Virus record (IMG/VR): IMGVR_UViG_3300033070_001454 | Span: 2,074 to 66,073 of that record | Direction: 5' to 3' (one strand) | Source: a virus | Taxonomy: Duplodnaviria; Caudoviricetes | DNA length: 64,000 nucleotides | Shown: positions 44,601 to 53,336 of the stretch, piece by piece | Numbering within the stretch: position 1 is the stretch's first letter | Layout of the letters: each line of letters starts with the position of its first letter | Translations under genes and position numbers: made by a program | Notes under the pieces: model-generated | Told to the model about the DNA's origin: nothing | What the model saw: only the letters and a program-made list of their open reading frames with translations | The model's database searches: none

Positions 44601-46727
44601 GCCGCGTTCAAGGCTGTGGACTTCGACGAGTCAGACGGCGAGAGGCTCAAGGTCGCCCTCGGGTCCATGGTCTATGGCTTCCTAGGCGGAGAGCCGGAAG
44701 GCGGGTTGCTCAGCAGCTTGGCCTTCGCTGGCAAGCTCGCCGCTAGGACCGCGCTGCTCTTCCTGGCCGTTCCGCCGATGATCATGGCCGCCGGCGCCCT
44801 GGCTCTGATCAGCACTGGCCTCATGAACTTCAAGAAGGCCAACTTCGGACAATCCGACGCTGATGCCATGGAGTACTCCATCGGCTCGCTCGTCAAGGCT
44901 TTCTCCATCGTCGTAGACAAGAAACGCCAACAGGAGCTGGGCATCGACATCGACCCCATCTCGATGTGGCTCGCGGTGAAGTCCCTCTCCGACATCGGAA
45001 GCGTGGTCTTCGAGCTTGGACGAGGAATCCAATCGATAGCCAACCTTGAGATAGTCGAGTACGAGGTGCAGAACGGCAAACTCGTCGCTAAGTCAGTCAG
45101 GAAGCTCAACGACTCGGACTTCAACAAGGCCGGTGAGAACATCTCGAAGATCCTATCGGCGCTTGCCATCCCATTGGCACAGATCGGGATGCTCGAGAAG
45201 GAAGGATCGTCCGGCAACGCTCTCTTCGATTCCATCTTCTCCAACGGTTACATCTCGACTGGTATCAGGGCCATCAGTGATCTCGGTGAGACCATCGCTA
45301 ACCTTGGCCGCGGGATCAAGGACTTCGCTAACCTCCAGATCGTCGAGTACGGCGTCAAGAATGGCAAGCTGGTCCCGATCAAGTCGACTTTGATGACGGA
45401 CACCGATTTCGTCACAGCGTCGATGAACATCGGCCGTGTGACAGGATTCCTAGCCATGGAATTCGCCAAGATCGGGAAGATGGAGGATGACAGCTCCGGC
45501 TGGTTCTCCGATGGGTATGTTACTAACGGTGTAGAGGCTATCGCTGGGATGGGCGAGAACCTGAGCGAATTGGCCAAGGCCGTGGTGGCGATGGCCAGAA
45601 TGGAGGTCGTTGAGCACACCATCAAGGACGGTAAGTTGGTGCCGAGCAAGGTCATCGCCGTCGGCAACGAGCAGCTATCCGCCGCATCCACGAACATTGG
45701 CCTGATCCTCGGCTTCCTGGCCACCGAGTTCGCTAAGATCGGCCGCATGGAGGACGAGGGAAGCGGATGGTTCTCCGATGGAATGGTGACCAAGGGCCGT
45801 GATGCAATAGTTGGCATGGGCAAGGACATCTCTTCTGTCGTCGACGCGATCGTCAAGATCGCCACCTCGGAATTCACGACATTCGCGGTCGTGAACGGCC
45901 AATTGGTGCCGACTGCCACGAGGAAGCTCAACGCCAACGACCTCAAAGCCGCATCGCAGACCATTGGAATGGTCCTGAACGTTTTCGCTGCCAACATCGC
46001 TGCGGTGGGCTCGTACATGGAGAACAAAGAGGATCAGATCAAGATCGCGACGAAGTACCTGCCGAAGATCTCTGAGCTCCTCAGCGCAAGCGCAGATTCG
46101 CTGAACAAATGGGCCCAGATCCCAGATCCGAAGGCCAGGGTGCTTTCGCTGACGGAGTTCCTGAACTCCACCAAGTCGGTGTTCGACTCGGAGAAGGATA
46201 AGAACCTGGGCCTCAAGCTCGAGTACTTCGGCATGTTCTCCAAGCACATGGAGACCCTTGCTTCATCGAGCACTGGCCTTGATGCCGCGGCCAAGAGCCT
46301 TGAGAGAGTGGAGAAGTCCATGAAGGCCATCAAGGAGAGCGTCAACGGGATGGACCTCAAGAAGCTCACCACGACCGATTCGCTGGTCAAATCGTTGGCC
46401 ATCATGTCAAAGTCGCCAGAGGCAACAGCCAAAGCGATCAAGGAATCGATCGAGGATGCGTTCGAGAAGTTCATAGAATCCTTGAAAGATGTCACAGGTG
46501 ATATCAAGGGAGACTCGTCGTCAGGGCCGACGATCATTCAGACCCAAGCGCCTGCTCCGGCTGCCGCCGCGCAGCAACAATCGAACGCCATCATGATGGC
46601 CCAAACCCAAGCCAACCAGGCCAGGATGGACATGTCGAAGATGATGGAGAGGTTCAAGGAAGAGATCATCGATGGACTCAGCTCCGTCGAGATGAAAGTC
46701 CGTGTAGTCAACAACAACTTTGGATAA
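41613..46727 (+). CDS. Tape measure protein (1704 aa)
   Basis: Long Ala/Leu-rich helical protein with a central hydrophobic block and internal repeats; follows the chaperone pair. Confidence 0.88.
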   Translation: MAGPKKQGSSIDTLQSVLDRLERMVNYAADASDESARMLGSIETQIRTSVTSELRKQSKILSSIESRLAKLSFDAGYKAIAGELAFMAKSQTEMAQGIDRRLDAQNLAMGAMKAGQDAYHSLSFDQNQEQTGILKGILGAQLSAKESLVAIERKDERPIVKTLTEWLASEFKETKAFQSAAIGQLRSILEATKSKGEGWGELTLSELIEHGATLKNILGEIGLMRKAAEDSKGKDLSQGLNSVIDDTKAIRVFLESIESKLQAQTDAFKSAFQGKSNEEMAKKRISAKDASKFTKAFGALADEITNLLDVVDAAGQSGENVKKFLVSIADGVVEFSEKVDPKKMSEVRSMLISFSKFALVWGIMFSAAIPSLALSVRGATLFSTAISAMMEGLKAVEQDKVESARQVVSLGNLAALFGASLTLFFLTGKESIAGAQMFVSALETLTKGLQDARDPKAIEYAEQVVALAHRSVMFGVTLSLYNKVSKGAVSGVNAYANSLDLLMSVIQEGKDPKGIEYAERIIKLAHKAVLFGAALAIYNKVAKESSSGAEQFGSALKKLIESVQNGKDPKSIEHAERAIELANHAISFGLRMSILNRMGSSVSSGTELYVKTLSMLVDGLSSAKDPGSLKAAETALGLANRSLAFGMSMVAFAAIGKAASLGSDMFVRSLNSLLDGLSEAKDPKVIEHAERLVALGRSSLLFGLSLAAFAVISPLALIGALTFTLSIKALILSLDSVDKDKVDNIKNLMTLTRGILWFAASLAITSLVWDKVLLGALVFSGTIMLLGLALDFLDGRDINKGIGSLYKLSLGIVALGLGMLAFYVLAPPEVALQVILSVGAMALTFAVVGEFSEDIGQGAIAMALVAGSLLFVTISMLIFKATGLGMEDGFNIAVTVGLLALPFMLAGIEPIAEWIVDGAITLAIAAVALSAISIGLLIFKASEFTVDDGHTLAATIGGMGLVFALVGIPVVAIAIILGSIALAVAGISLGIISLGMAAFKAVDFDESDGERLKVALGSMVYGFLGGEPEGGLLSSLAFAGKLAARTALLFLAVPPMIMAAGALALISTGLMNFKKANFGQSDADAMEYSIGSLVKAFSIVVDKKRQQELGIDIDPISMWLAVKSLSDIGSVVFELGRGIQSIANLEIVEYEVQNGKLVAKSVRKLNDSDFNKAGENISKILSALAIPLAQIGMLEKEGSSGNALFDSIFSNGYISTGIRAISDLGETIANLGRGIKDFANLQIVEYGVKNGKLVPIKSTLMTDTDFVTASMNIGRVTGFLAMEFAKIGKMEDDSSGWFSDGYVTNGVEAIAGMGENLSELAKAVVAMARMEVVEHTIKDGKLVPSKVIAVGNEQLSAASTNIGLILGFLATEFAKIGRMEDEGSGWFSDGMVTKGRDAIVGMGKDISSVVDAIVKIATSEFTTFAVVNGQLVPTATRKLNANDLKAASQTIGMVLNVFAANIAAVGSYMENKEDQIKIATKYLPKISELLSASADSLNKWAQIPDPKARVLSLTEFLNSTKSVFDSEKDKNLGLKLEYFGMFSKHMETLASSSTGLDAAAKSLERVEKSMKAIKESVNGMDLKKLTTTDSLVKSLAIMSKSPEATAKAIKESIEDAFEKFIESLKDVTGDIKGDSSSGPTIIQTQAPAPAAAAQQQSNAIMMAQTQANQARMDMSKMMERFKEEIIDGLSSVEMKVRVVNNNFG
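42960..43790 (+). repeat. Five 57-aa repeats in the tape measure protein
   Basis: Asp codon of the DP motif at 42972, 43143, 43314, 43485, 43656 (exact 171-nt spacing). Confidence 0.85.
45030..46020 (+). repeat. Four 89-96-aa repeats in the tape measure C-terminal region
   Basis: N/D-G-K/Q-L-V cores at 45072, 45360, 45627, 45894; repeated FS(D/N)G...G..AI. Confidence 0.8.
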
Positions 46728-46729
46728 GC

Positions 46730-47434
46730 GTGACGAAGAAGAAAAGTGAGAAGGCGATTGAGCACGTCCAATTGGGCCCGCTCGATGGAATCAGAGTGGA
46801 ACTCAAGTACAAGAACAAACCACAGCGCGAGTTCGCTGACCTGATCAGAGACAAGGAGATCACGATCTGCAGCGGATCACCAGGCACAGGCAAGACCATA
46901 GTCTCCTGCTTCGAGGCCCTGAAACTCCTCAAGACACAGCCAGACGTGTACAAGGAGATCGTCATCGTCAAGTCGGTGACCCAGCTCCAGGGTGAGGACC
47001 TAGGTTACCTCAAAGGAACGTTGGCTGAGAAGATGGAGCCTTTCATTTTCTCCTTCATCCACAACTTCGAGAAGATCGTCGGCAGGGATGCAGTGAGAAG
47101 GCTCAGGGACCTTGGGATGATCAGGACGATGCCGATCGCCATGATGCGAGGAATCAACCTCGACAACTGCGTGGTGTTGGTAGATGAGGTCCAGAACATC
47201 ACGATCCAGAACGCGCACACCATCCTCACTAGGATCGGTTACAACTGCAAGATGATCCTGCTCGGCGACGAACAGCAATCAGACATCAGGAACAAGAAGG
47301 ATTCGTCCCTCTCCATCCTGAAGTCCATCTTCGCCAGCGATTCCGAGATCGGGACCATCCACTTCGGAGACGATTGCATCGTCAGGAATCCGCTCATCGC
47401 GAAGATCGAGGAGAGGTTCCGAGAGCTAGCATAA
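46730..47434 (+). CDS. phoH: PhoH-like ATPase
   Basis: GSPGTGKT, MRGINLDN...DEVQN, TRIG...LLGD..QSD, VRNPLI. Confidence 0.93.
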   Translation: MTKKKSEKAIEHVQLGPLDGIRVELKYKNKPQREFADLIRDKEITICSGSPGTGKTIVSCFEALKLLKTQPDVYKEIVIVKSVTQLQGEDLGYLKGTLAEKMEPFIFSFIHNFEKIVGRDAVRRLRDLGMIRTMPIAMMRGINLDNCVVLVDEVQNITIQNAHTILTRIGYNCKMILLGDEQQSDIRNKKDSSLSILKSIFASDSEIGTIHFGDDCIVRNPLIAKIEERFRELA

Positions 47435-47441
47435 GAGTTTG

Positions 47442-47999
47442 ATGAAGGTCTTCGTGACGAGTGATCTCCTCTTCGGTCGCCAGAAGGCAGCTGAGGACCG
47501 TGGGTTCGGCACCGCGGATGAGATGGAAAAGGTGCTGATCGATCGGTGGAACTCCTCGGTCGGCGTCAATGATCTGGTGTACCACCTTGGCAACTTCTCA
47601 TGGGATCCGATCTCAGCGGAAACCGCCCTGCCATACCTCAATGGGAAGATAGTGTTCGGATCTGGAATGTATGATCGCCACATGGCCGACATCTCACAGG
47701 TCCTACTGGGCAAGCACTCCATCCTCAAGCACTCGATCAATGTCCTGAGGGACATCCCGATCTCGAAGAAGAAGAAGTTCGACGTTGTGATGTCATATTG
47801 GCCTCTGATCGATTGGCCAGGCAAGGAGAACGGGATCATGCACATCCATGGAGGATCGATCGCTTCGAACCTCGAGGATGGCCACCGGTTCAGCGCGTCA
47901 TGTGACCGTTGGGATCTCAAGCCAGTAGAGATCGAGCTGCTGTTCGACGTAGCCAAGGATCACTCGGCTGGCAAGGACAAAGTTTTGGACAAGCACTGA
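47442..47999 (+). CDS. Calcineurin-like phosphoesterase fold protein with degenerate metal ligands
   Basis: VTSDLLFG, LIDRWNSSV..NDLVYHLGNF, LNGK...GMYD, HIHGG. Confidence 0.75.
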   Translation: MKVFVTSDLLFGRQKAAEDRGFGTADEMEKVLIDRWNSSVGVNDLVYHLGNFSWDPISAETALPYLNGKIVFGSGMYDRHMADISQVLLGKHSILKHSINVLRDIPISKKKKFDVVMSYWPLIDWPGKENGIMHIHGGSIASNLEDGHRFSASCDRWDLKPVEIELLFDVAKDHSAGKDKVLDKH

Positions 48000-48057
48000 G
48001 CCGTTCACGGTTTCGGTTATTTTAGGGAAGCAACAAACCAAATTTACAGACAAGCGC

Positions 48058-48759
48058 ATGAGTGAGGTGAAAGACATCAGGGAACTTGGGCTGGAGTTCA
48101 AGGAGACCAGGAGCGAGCGAGCATTCGTGAAACTATACAATCGAATTGCACCGGGCTTAGAATTGTACCTCATGAAGATCATGCGTGACAAGGATCTGGC
48201 CGGGTACATGCTCACGAAGACGATGGGCAAAGTCTACCAGAGCATCGATCAGTACAAGCCGGAATACCAGATCTCGACTTGGATCTACCGTATCGCGTTC
48301 ATCAATGCGTGCTTTGAGCTACGCGCGATGAAGAAGAAGAAGATCAATTACATGAGCGACTTCGATTCGGAGAACAAGAATCAACTCTCCAAACTCGAAT
48401 ACGAGCAAGCAGTGGAGAACATGGAAGTCGACGATACGCTGTTGGAAAGGCACACAACTGATGAGATCGCCGACGCAGTCCAACTGCTACCAGAGTATGA
48501 GCTCAAGTTGGTGATGGATCGGTTCTACGAGGGCATGGACTTCAGGACGCTTGCTGTCAAGCATGGCATGGATGTCTCTAGCGCCAAGAAGGCGGTCAAC
48601 AAGGCCAAGAAACTGCTCAAGGGCATCATCAGGGCTGAGCGCAACCGATTGAACGAGTTGACCGGTCAAGAGACACAGGAATTCGATGTTGTCTCTGACG
48701 ACAGGGACGACCAAGAAGTGGAGATCGACGCGGACGAGGTCGAATGTGAGTTGGCCTGA
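48058..48759 (+). CDS. ECF/sigma70-family RNA polymerase sigma factor
   Basis: AFVKLY, region 2 Y.PEYQISTWIYRIA.N, region 4 HTH RFYEGM....LA...G.......KAVNKAKK.L. Confidence 0.82.
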   Translation: MSEVKDIRELGLEFKETRSERAFVKLYNRIAPGLELYLMKIMRDKDLAGYMLTKTMGKVYQSIDQYKPEYQISTWIYRIAFINACFELRAMKKKKINYMSDFDSENKNQLSKLEYEQAVENMEVDDTLLERHTTDEIADAVQLLPEYELKLVMDRFYEGMDFRTLAVKHGMDVSSAKKAVNKAKKLLKGIIRAERNRLNELTGQETQEFDVVSDDRDDQEVEIDADEVECELA

Positions 48760-48781
48760 TCCGGCAGCATAGAAACTTTCC

Positions 48782-49321
48782 ATGAGAGAAAGAGACATCG
48801 AGAAGATCGAGATGCCAGAGGTCGTAGCCAGGATTCCATGGTACGATTTCTGGTCGACTCCAATCGGAATAGTAGAGGAGCTCAGGTACTGGTGGATCTG
48901 GAGGAAGGAAGTCATCAAGGACGCCAACGAGAAGGTGTTCATGGCTCACGATCCGCAGGTGAGGATCGATTGGCTAGGTAGGCTGTACACAGTGGTCAAC
49001 CTGCCAGAGGAACTCTATCCGGAGGAGAATGCTGCCATGCGAAGGCCTTTCGTGCTGGATTACCTCAGCCACCTGGATCACCTCTTGATGAAGATGAGGT
49101 TGAACGATCTGGTCTATCCAGAGATCAGGGAAATACCCAACCGGTTCTCATACCTCATCATCCTATCGCCTTTCAAAGGCGAGTTCCTCAACTTCGGCCG
49201 CATCGTGATGTGGTTCATCAAGGCCGCCGCATTTGTCGCTATTTGGTCATTGGCCGATCGGATGTTCATCCGTTTCTCTGGCTTCGGCATAGTGGACAAC
49301 ATCAAATCACTGTTTGCATGA
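48782..49321 (+). CDS. Hypothetical protein with a C-terminal membrane segment
   Basis: Hydrophobic IVMWFIKAAAFVAIWSLA. Confidence 0.65.
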   Translation: MRERDIEKIEMPEVVARIPWYDFWSTPIGIVEELRYWWIWRKEVIKDANEKVFMAHDPQVRIDWLGRLYTVVNLPEELYPEENAAMRRPFVLDYLSHLDHLLMKMRLNDLVYPEIREIPNRFSYLIILSPFKGEFLNFGRIVMWFIKAAAFVAIWSLADRMFIRFSGFGIVDNIKSLFA

Positions 49322-50055
49322 GGACTATCACTGGTAGCGACGGGACTGGCAGGTTCTACATCGTCGATGAGGCCAAGAAGCTAGCGTTGCCATCGGTGAC
49401 AACTGTGCTCGGCAAGATGTCAGAGAAACAGGGCCTCGAGGAGTGGAAAAAACGGATAGGCGAGAAGAAAGCAGCCGAGGTCTCGAGGTTCTCGGCTAAC
49501 CGCGGCACTTTCATGCACCTCATGCATGAGAAGACGTTGGACCTGCGCTTCAACAAGGGCATGACCGAGGGAGTCATCAAAGAAGCGTACGCCGAGGCCC
49601 TCAACGAGACCAAGGACATGACGAAGGAGGAGCAGGAGTGCGGTCGTCGCCTCTTCTTCAACTTCTATGGGACTGACTTCTACTCTCGGATCAACCGGAT
49701 CGTGATGCAGGAGAGCCCAGTCTGGTCGATGCTGGGCGGCGGTTACGCTGGCAGGTTGGATCTCCTGGTCGAGGATGACCTTAGCCAGATCAAGCTCGTG
49801 GACTTCAAGAGCTCGAGGAAACCCAAGAAAAGGGAGTGGATCAGGAACTATGAGATGCAAGCCGCTGCCTACTCGGTCGCTTGCAACGAGCAGTTCGGTT
49901 TCTTCCCAAAACGGGCCGAGATCTGGATCTCGTGTGAGACAGGCGACATGCAGGAATTCGTGATGACGAGGTCGGAGCTCATGGAAGCGTTCAAGGAATT
50001 CCACTCGCTCGTCAAGGGGTTCCATGCCAAATTCAAGGCTCCAGAGGTAAGATGA
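49318..50055 (+). CDS. PD-(D/E)XK exonuclease (T4-like phage family)
   Basis: LPSVTTVL, RGTFMH, YAGRLDL, VDFKSS.K.K, Y.MQ..AY. Confidence 0.85.
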   Translation: MRTITGSDGTGRFYIVDEAKKLALPSVTTVLGKMSEKQGLEEWKKRIGEKKAAEVSRFSANRGTFMHLMHEKTLDLRFNKGMTEGVIKEAYAEALNETKDMTKEEQECGRRLFFNFYGTDFYSRINRIVMQESPVWSMLGGGYAGRLDLLVEDDLSQIKLVDFKSSRKPKKREWIRNYEMQAAAYSVACNEQFGFFPKRAEIWISCETGDMQEFVMTRSELMEAFKEFHSLVKGFHAKFKAPEVR

Positions 50056-50729
50056 AAGTGATCAAGGCCAGTGAGGTGCCATTGCCTCCGCGCATACCAA
50101 AGATCATCCACCAGGTGTGGATAGGCCCTAAGAAGATGCCGAGGAGGCTGATCGATTCATGGATCGCGCTCAACCCATCGTGGGAGCATAGGCTCTGGAC
50201 GGAGAGCGAGCTCGTAGGGTTTGGCCTGAAGAACCAACGCCAGTTCGACGAGATAGAGGAGTGGGCGGGCAAGGCCGATGTCCTACGGTATGAGCTGTTG
50301 CACAGGTTCGGCGGTTTCTTCTGTGACGCAGATTCGCTCTGCATCAAGCCTCTCGACGATTTCCTCATCGAGCGCGACTCGTTCGCCGTGTTCGAGAACG
50401 AGCAGGTGAGGGCTGGCCTGGTCGCAAACGGCTACATTGGGGCCACCAAGGGCAACGCACTGATGAGGCAACTCATCGATGGAATCTCGATCAAAGAGGT
50501 GTCACAGGCGAAGACCGGGAAGATGGCATGGCAGAACGTTGGCCCGGTCTACTTCACCGAGACCATCTCAAGGACCAAGCATCCGATCAGCATCTATCCG
50601 TCCTGGCTATTCATACCCGAGCACTATAGCGGAGTGGTGCATAATGGACCAGGAGAGCCGTACTGCAAGCAGTTTTGGGGCTCCACCCACGAACTCAGCG
50701 ACCCAGAGTACTACAACAAAATGCAATGA
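50052..50729 (+). CDS. Glycosyltransferase, GT32/DXD (OCH1-like) family
   Basis: IPKIIHQVW, ADVLRYELLHRFGGFFCDAD, GPVYFT. Confidence 0.88.
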   Translation: MKVIKASEVPLPPRIPKIIHQVWIGPKKMPRRLIDSWIALNPSWEHRLWTESELVGFGLKNQRQFDEIEEWAGKADVLRYELLHRFGGFFCDADSLCIKPLDDFLIERDSFAVFENEQVRAGLVANGYIGATKGNALMRQLIDGISIKEVSQAKTGKMAWQNVGPVYFTETISRTKHPISIYPSWLFIPEHYSGVVHNGPGEPYCKQFWGSTHELSDPEYYNKMQ

Positions 50730-50730
50730 C

Positions 50731-50988
50731 ATGCCAGCAGATTTCATGGTGAGGCTCCAAACCGAAAAACAGGAGCTCGAAGAAAGGGTAGATAAGCTCG
50801 AAGGATTCATGTTGAGCCCTGAGTTCGGAAAGCTCAGTCTCGCTAATCGTCTGCTCCTAGAGACCCAATTCCGGGCAATGGGCGAATACCTGACGATCCT
50901 ATACATCAGAACTGACCTGATCAAGGCTGAGAGTTTCGTAGCCTCACATAAGAAGGCATCCAAGCCCAAGATCAAGCGAAAGAAATGA
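50731..50988 (+). CDS. Small coiled-coil phage protein (crAss001_48-like pattern)
   Basis: RLQTEKQELEERVDKL..F...LL..Q..AM.EY..IL..R. Confidence 0.6.
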   Translation: MPADFMVRLQTEKQELEERVDKLEGFMLSPEFGKLSLANRLLLETQFRAMGEYLTILYIRTDLIKAESFVASHKKASKPKIKRKK

Positions 50989-51698
50989 GCGTCTCGTTCC
51001 TCATCCCAGTGTTCCGGGTCGAGCTCGACTGGTTCAAGCAAGCGATGTCATCCGTCTTCAGGGAGCTCGATCAGACGAAGGCTCCTGGCTACGAGGTGGT
51101 CATAGTCAACGATGGCACGGAGCAACAGGACCTGATCGAATACCTGGCTGAGCTCGAGAAAGATGATCGGGTAGTAGTGGTCGATTCTGGAAAGAATCTC
51201 GGCGTCGCTGGGGCCCTGAACCTTGGGATCGAGCACTGTAAGAACGGGTTGATCGCTAGGATGGATGCCGACGACATCATCCTTCCTGGCCGATTGAAGA
51301 AACAGATTCACTACATGAACATGAACCGGGAAGTTGCGGCTCTTTCCACTGGCCTCAACTACCTCATGTTCTACGGCGGCCAATGGGGTGTGGCTGAACC
51401 GCCGGTGATACACCCACCGACCATCACCAAGGAGATCGCCAAGTCCTCGTTCTGGTTCATGAACCATCCCACTGTCATGTTCAGGAAGAACATGCTCCTG
51501 GACGCTGGCATGTACGACGATTCACTCAAGGGCTTCTCAGAGGACTATGAGCTCTGGATCAGGATGCTCAGGCTTGGCATGAGGCTCGACAACCTACAGG
51601 AATCGACTCTGCTGCTGCGCATCAACCCTAACAGCGCGACGAAGAGCTTCAACCAAGCGAACCAGGAATTCCTGGCCAAAACACAGGCTTCCCTATGA
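50985..51698 (+). CDS. Glycosyltransferase, GT2 family
   Basis: SFLIPV, EVVIVNDG, NLGVAGALNLG, IARMDADD, HPTVMFRK, EDYELWIR. Confidence 0.92.
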   Translation: MSVSFLIPVFRVELDWFKQAMSSVFRELDQTKAPGYEVVIVNDGTEQQDLIEYLAELEKDDRVVVVDSGKNLGVAGALNLGIEHCKNGLIARMDADDIILPGRLKKQIHYMNMNREVAALSTGLNYLMFYGGQWGVAEPPVIHPPTITKEIAKSSFWFMNHPTVMFRKNMLLDAGMYDDSLKGFSEDYELWIRMLRLGMRLDNLQESTLLLRINPNSATKSFNQANQEFLAKTQASL

Positions 51699-52510
51699 GG
51701 CATTTCGACTTAGCAGATTCCTGCTTCGCGCACTGCAACTACAGCAACAATCCGTTACAGGAGGCAAGGGAGCTCAGGTGGAACAGGGATCTAGCTAACC
51801 CAGCTTCGAAGACGATCTTCATCACCGACCGCACGATCCCACACTTCGCTGGACTGCAGGGAAGGTTCAAGGTCGCTTGGTTGCTGGAGCCTCGCGAGCT
51901 CAATCCAGCGCTGTACGATTGGGTCATCGCTAACCACGGGATGTTTGATGTCGTCATGTCCCATGATGTCGATGCGATGTCCCACCTTCCGAATTTCCTG
52001 TGGGTCCCTTTCGGCGGATGCTGGATTCCAGAATCGAATTGGGGCTATCCCGGAGATAGGACTGGGGTCTCGATCGTCGCATCTGAAAAGCGACAGACCA
52101 TAGGCCACTGCCTGATGCACACTGTCATAGCAGAGAACAGCGGGCTTGAGGTGATGGGCCGAGGATACAAACCCATCAATTCGAAGCTCGAATCGATGAA
52201 GACTGGCTTCCAAGTGGTCATTGAGAATTCGAGCCGCAACGGGTATTTCACAGAGAAGCTGATAGACTGCCTCATCACTGGCACAGTTCCCATCTACTAT
52301 GGGTGCCCTAACCTCGAGGATTATGGCTTCAACATGGGTGGCATCCTGCACTGCTCCGACAAGGAAGCCATCAACGCTTCGATATCGCTGGCGCTGATTT
52401 CTGACCCAGTCCTCCTTGCGATCGAAATTGCCGACAACATAAGAGTAGCTCAGCGCTACATCCTAGCCGAGAACTACATCTACGACAAGTACAACAATCT
52501 ACTCCCATGA
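51695..52510 (+). CDS. GT10-like (alpha-1,3/4-fucosyltransferase family) glycosyltransferase
   Basis: C-terminal FQVVIENS...YFTEKL.DC..TGTVPIYYG motif. Confidence 0.75.
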   Translation: MRHFDLADSCFAHCNYSNNPLQEARELRWNRDLANPASKTIFITDRTIPHFAGLQGRFKVAWLLEPRELNPALYDWVIANHGMFDVVMSHDVDAMSHLPNFLWVPFGGCWIPESNWGYPGDRTGVSIVASEKRQTIGHCLMHTVIAENSGLEVMGRGYKPINSKLESMKTGFQVVIENSSRNGYFTEKLIDCLITGTVPIYYGCPNLEDYGFNMGGILHCSDKEAINASISLALISDPVLLAIEIADNIRVAQRYILAENYIYDKYNNLLP

Positions 52511-53115
52511 TACCACAGTTCAACCAGTTCTTCGCGGAGAACGGTGAAGCCAAGAGGACCGATTACCCTGAGCTCGGACCAGACTCGATCGTCTTCGACG
52601 TCGGAGCCTTCAAGGGAGAATTCGCGGATCGGATCCACAACAAGTACGGATCTCTCGTCTACTGCTTCGAGGTAGCTCCAGAGTTCATCGTCGGTCTCAA
52701 CAATAAGTACAAGGACCACGAGAAAGTTTGGGTGTACCAACACGGACTCGGCGACAAGACCGCGAACTTCAACATCAGGCACGCACAGAACGCGACCTCC
52801 ATCTTCGGACAGGAACAGAACAAGAAGGGCGAGGCCGAGGTGATCGCCATGTCGGAATTCATGGCCAAGGAGATGAAGGACGACCAAATGATCGACCTCA
52901 TCAAGATCAACATCGAAGGCCCAGAGTACGACCTTGTGGACCACATGATCGACACTGGGATCGTCAAACGGTTCAGGAACATCCAAGTCCAATTCCACAA
53001 TTTCGTTCCAGACGCCGAAGCAAGGCTGACGTCGATCAGAGAGAAACTGAAGGAGACGCACGATCAGGTGTGGAACTATGATTTCGTATGGGAATCATGG
53101 AGGCTAAAAAGCTGA
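52507..53115 (+). CDS. FkbM-family methyltransferase
   Basis: VFDVGAFKGE, YCFE, GLGD, DLIKINIEG.EYD, IQVQFH. Confidence 0.85.
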   Translation: MIPQFNQFFAENGEAKRTDYPELGPDSIVFDVGAFKGEFADRIHNKYGSLVYCFEVAPEFIVGLNNKYKDHEKVWVYQHGLGDKTANFNIRHAQNATSIFGQEQNKKGEAEVIAMSEFMAKEMKDDQMIDLIKINIEGPEYDLVDHMIDTGIVKRFRNIQVQFHNFVPDAEARLTSIREKLKETHDQVWNYDFVWESWRLKS

Positions 53116-53336
53116 CCGGCGGTTGCACCTGGAACCAGAACGGTGTCAGGTGTGGGCTAGATGCGACCCATGATTGCGTGGCCAAGACTGGCGAGGTGTG
53201 GGCCAGGCTCTGCGATGAGCATAACAACATGCTCTCCGAATCACTGAAGGACCCATCAAACATGCGGAAGATGCTGTCCAATTGGGTCAGTGCTGGAGGC
53301 GGGCCAGCGATCATGTCGAAAAGAACTAACAGATGA
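53088..53336 (+). CDS. Small Cys/His-containing hypothetical protein
   Basis: C..C..H.C...C..H pattern; overlap-coupled. Confidence 0.5.
   Translation: MGIMEAKKLTGGCTWNQNGVRCGLDATHDCVAKTGEVWARLCDEHNNMLSESLKDPSNMRKMLSNWVSAGGGPAIMSKRTNR

Noticed and set aside
49318-50055. Cas4/CRISPR-associated role for the PD-(D/E)XK nuclease
   Set aside because: No Cys cluster for an Fe-S centre, and no array or other cas genes; it matches the common T4-like phage exonuclease
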